From Candidatus Limnocylindrales bacterium (lineage in GTDB: Bacteria; Moduliflexota; Moduliflexia; Moduliflexales; JAUQPW01), in contig DATMBG010000012.1 in assembly GCA_035559535.1 (NCBI GenBank), positions 62,001 through 126,000 of the forward strand: DNA of 64,000 bases, written 5' to 3'. The notes below the pieces were generated by a model, which was given only the letters and a program-made list of their open reading frames with translations, searched no databases and had not been told where the DNA came from. Shown piece by piece: positions 62,116-64,000 of this stretch. Numbering within the stretch: the stretch's first letter is position 1; every line of letters begins with the position of its first letter. Made by a program: the position numbers and the translations under genes.

Positions 62116-62848
62116 GGTGAATTTCCAGGAATTTATCCGTCAATCGAATTTCGGCTACATCCCGAGGACGGGATAAGGGGATGGTAAACTCACCCATAAG
62201 CTTTGATGCCGGTCCGGCGGATAGTACGATCACGCGATCTGCCAGGGCTACAGCTTCTTCCAGGTCGTGGGTAACGAAAAGAACCGATTTCCGGTCTTCT
62301 TGCCACAGTCGAAGCAACTCGTTCTCCATCAGGTTCCGAGTCTGAACATCCAAAGCCGAGAAAGGTTCATCCATTAATAAAATTTTGGGATTGAGAATCA
62401 AAATCTGGGCCAGTCCAACCCGCTTCTTCATGCCACCTGATAATTGATGGGGGTAATAGTTCTCAAATCCTTTAAGCCCTACCTTTGCCAGCCATTCCCT
62501 GGCCCGTTGGCGGGCTTCTTGAACAGGAACCTGTCGAAAGATCAACCCAAGGGCGACGTTGTCCAAAGCGGTTTTCCAGGGCAGAAGGGCATCTTGCTGA
62601 AAGAGATATCCAACCCATCGGTTTAATCCTTTCGTCGGCTCTTTGAAGGTTCGGATCTCACCTGAAGTAGGCAGGAGGAGACCTGCAACCACGCTTAAAA
62701 GCGTGCTTTTACCACAGCCCGTAGGTCCAACAATGGCTACAAACTCGCCCTCTCCTACCTCAAAGCTTATATTTTCTACAGCCGTATAGCCTCCAAAACG
62801 GACGGTGATTCCTTCGAGCTGAACAGCAGATTTGTTAAGACTGATCAT
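62057..62848 (-). CDS. NitT/TauT-family ABC ATPase
   Basis: GPTGCGKST, LSGGM, LMDEPF, VTHD. Confidence 0.93.
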   Translation of the reverse strand: MISLNKSAVQLEGITVRFGGYTAVENISFEVGEGEFVAIVGPTGCGKSTLLSVVAGLLLPTSGEIRTFKEPTKGLNRWVGYLFQQDALLPWKTALDNVALGLIFRQVPVQEARQRAREWLAKVGLKGFENYYPHQLSGGMKKRVGLAQILILNPKILLMDEPFSALDVQTRNLMENELLRLWQEDRKSVLFVTHDLEEAVALADRVIVLSAGPASKLMGEFTIPLSRPRDVAEIRLTDKFLEIHREIWHILRGEVLKSYAQNL

Positions 62849-64000
62849 CCGATTTTTTCCAACTCTCGATGCCGTAGCTCTACATTTATATCGTATTTTT
62901 CCCTCAGGTGTTTAGCCAGGCATTCGGCCGAGTATACAGAACGATGCTGTCCCCCGGTACATCCGAAGCAGACCGTCAAACTGGTGAAATTTCGAGAGAT
63001 AAAGGTCTCTACGGCGGCGTCTACCAGAGCAAAACAGTGTTTCAGAAACTCCTCTACTGCCGGAATATTTTTCAAATAGGCGATAACTTCGGCATCTCGA
63101 CCGGTCTTTTGTTGATAAGCTGCTTCACGCCCGGGATTTGGAAGATATCGACAATCAAAAACAAATCCCCCACCGGTCCCCGTTTCATCCAAAGGAATAC
63201 CGGAAGATAGGTACGAGAAGCTAAAAATTCGAACGGTCAGCCTGTTTTCCGAAGGATTCTTTTTGTCTTTGTCCAGGGTAGAAACGATAGAATGAAGGAC
63301 TGTTGTTAGTTCTGGCAAATCAACGGGGAGTTGATGGGTGTAAAGGAAATGTTTAAGATTTTGTACAGCCTCCGGGATACTCAGGAGAAACCCGGATTTT
63401 CGCTGGTAGAGTCCTCGAAACCCATAAGCCCCCAGGGTTTGCATCATTCTGATTAAAACAAAACCGTGATAGTATCGGATGAAGGCGTTCCGATCCACGG
63501 GGATATAGCTTTCCAGGGCACTTAGATATTCCGTGAGTAGTCGTTGACGTACTTCTTCAGGGATTTGAGCTCTGGCCTGATTCAGGAGCGAGGCAATATC
63601 GTATTGCAAGGCTCCCCGACGTCCTCCCTGGTAATCGATGAAAAACGGCTCGTAGGGGGTGCCTGAATGATCTTTTGGGTCCGGTGTTCCAGCTCTTAGC
63701 AGGATATTTCTAGATTGAAAATCCCGGTATAAAAAATAGGGACCCCCGGCTTCCACAAGGAAATCGGCCAGTTTTTGGAAGTCATCTTCAAGCTTTTGTT
63801 CGTTAAAGGGGATCCCTGCCAGTTTCAGGAAATGGTACTTGAAGTAGTTAAGATCCCAGATCATGGACTGGCGATCATAGGTAGATCGAGGGTAACAGAC
63901 TTCGTAATTAAGATCTTTTCCTCCTTCGATTTGAAATTTAGGTAGAATTCGAACAACTTTTTTATAAATTGCTTCAATTTCAACGGGAAAATCGTCCGGT
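62845..64000 (-). CDS. APH/AmgK-like phosphotransferase fused to a RapZ C-terminal domain (5' end outside the window)
   Basis: Frame stays open to the window edge (…YKKVVRILPKFQ…CYPR…); YRDFQSRNI, FIDYQ; C-terminal FDCR.LPNP, GCTGGQHRSV. Confidence 0.85.
   Translation of the reverse strand, partial: PDDFPVEIEAIYKKVVRILPKFQIEGGKDLNYEVCYPRSTYDRQSMIWDLNYFKYHFLKLAGIPFNEQKLEDDFQKLADFLVEAGGPYFLYRDFQSRNILLRAGTPDPKDHSGTPYEPFFIDYQGGRRGALQYDIASLLNQARAQIPEEVRQRLLTEYLSALESYIPVDRNAFIRYYHGFVLIRMMQTLGAYGFRGLYQRKSGFLLSIPEAVQNLKHFLYTHQLPVDLPELTTVLHSIVSTLDKDKKNPSENRLTVRIFSFSYLSSGIPLDETGTGGGFVFDCRYLPNPGREAAYQQKTGRDAEVIAYLKNIPAVEEFLKHCFALVDAAVETFISRNFTSLTVCFGCTGGQHRSVYSAECLAKHLREKYDINVELRHRELEKIG

Overview
Bacterial chromosomal window made mostly of housekeeping and metabolic genes: groES and groEL 13 kb apart, each with its own CIRCE operator, plus hsp20, sucCD, ndk, radA, metH, a DAHP synthase, galM, gntK, ybaK, an endonuclease III, nagZ, Opp-type and NitT/TauT-type ABC genes and a ClC transporter. 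I recognised no rRNA, tRNA, CRISPR array, cas gene or intact transposase. The most unusual elements are: (1) a roughly 10 kb all-cytoplasmic chemosensory-like operon (ParA, poly-HAMP MCP, CheW, CheY, CheA with a FixL-like PAS domain, CheC, PAS-PAS-GAF-GAF hybrid kinase) with no CheR/CheB/CheD; (2) a roughly 400 nt, apparently highly base-paired non-coding leader upstream of a ROK kinase-phosphomannose isomerase fusion and a PMI-less ManC; (3) many palindromic repeats and MITE-like elements, several inserted in frame in metH, nagZ and a deacetylase; (4) an orphan T4 gp30.3-like NADAR gene; (5) an FHA-GAF cyclase with degenerate catalytic residues. All calls come from motif recognition by eye; no searches or folding programs were run.
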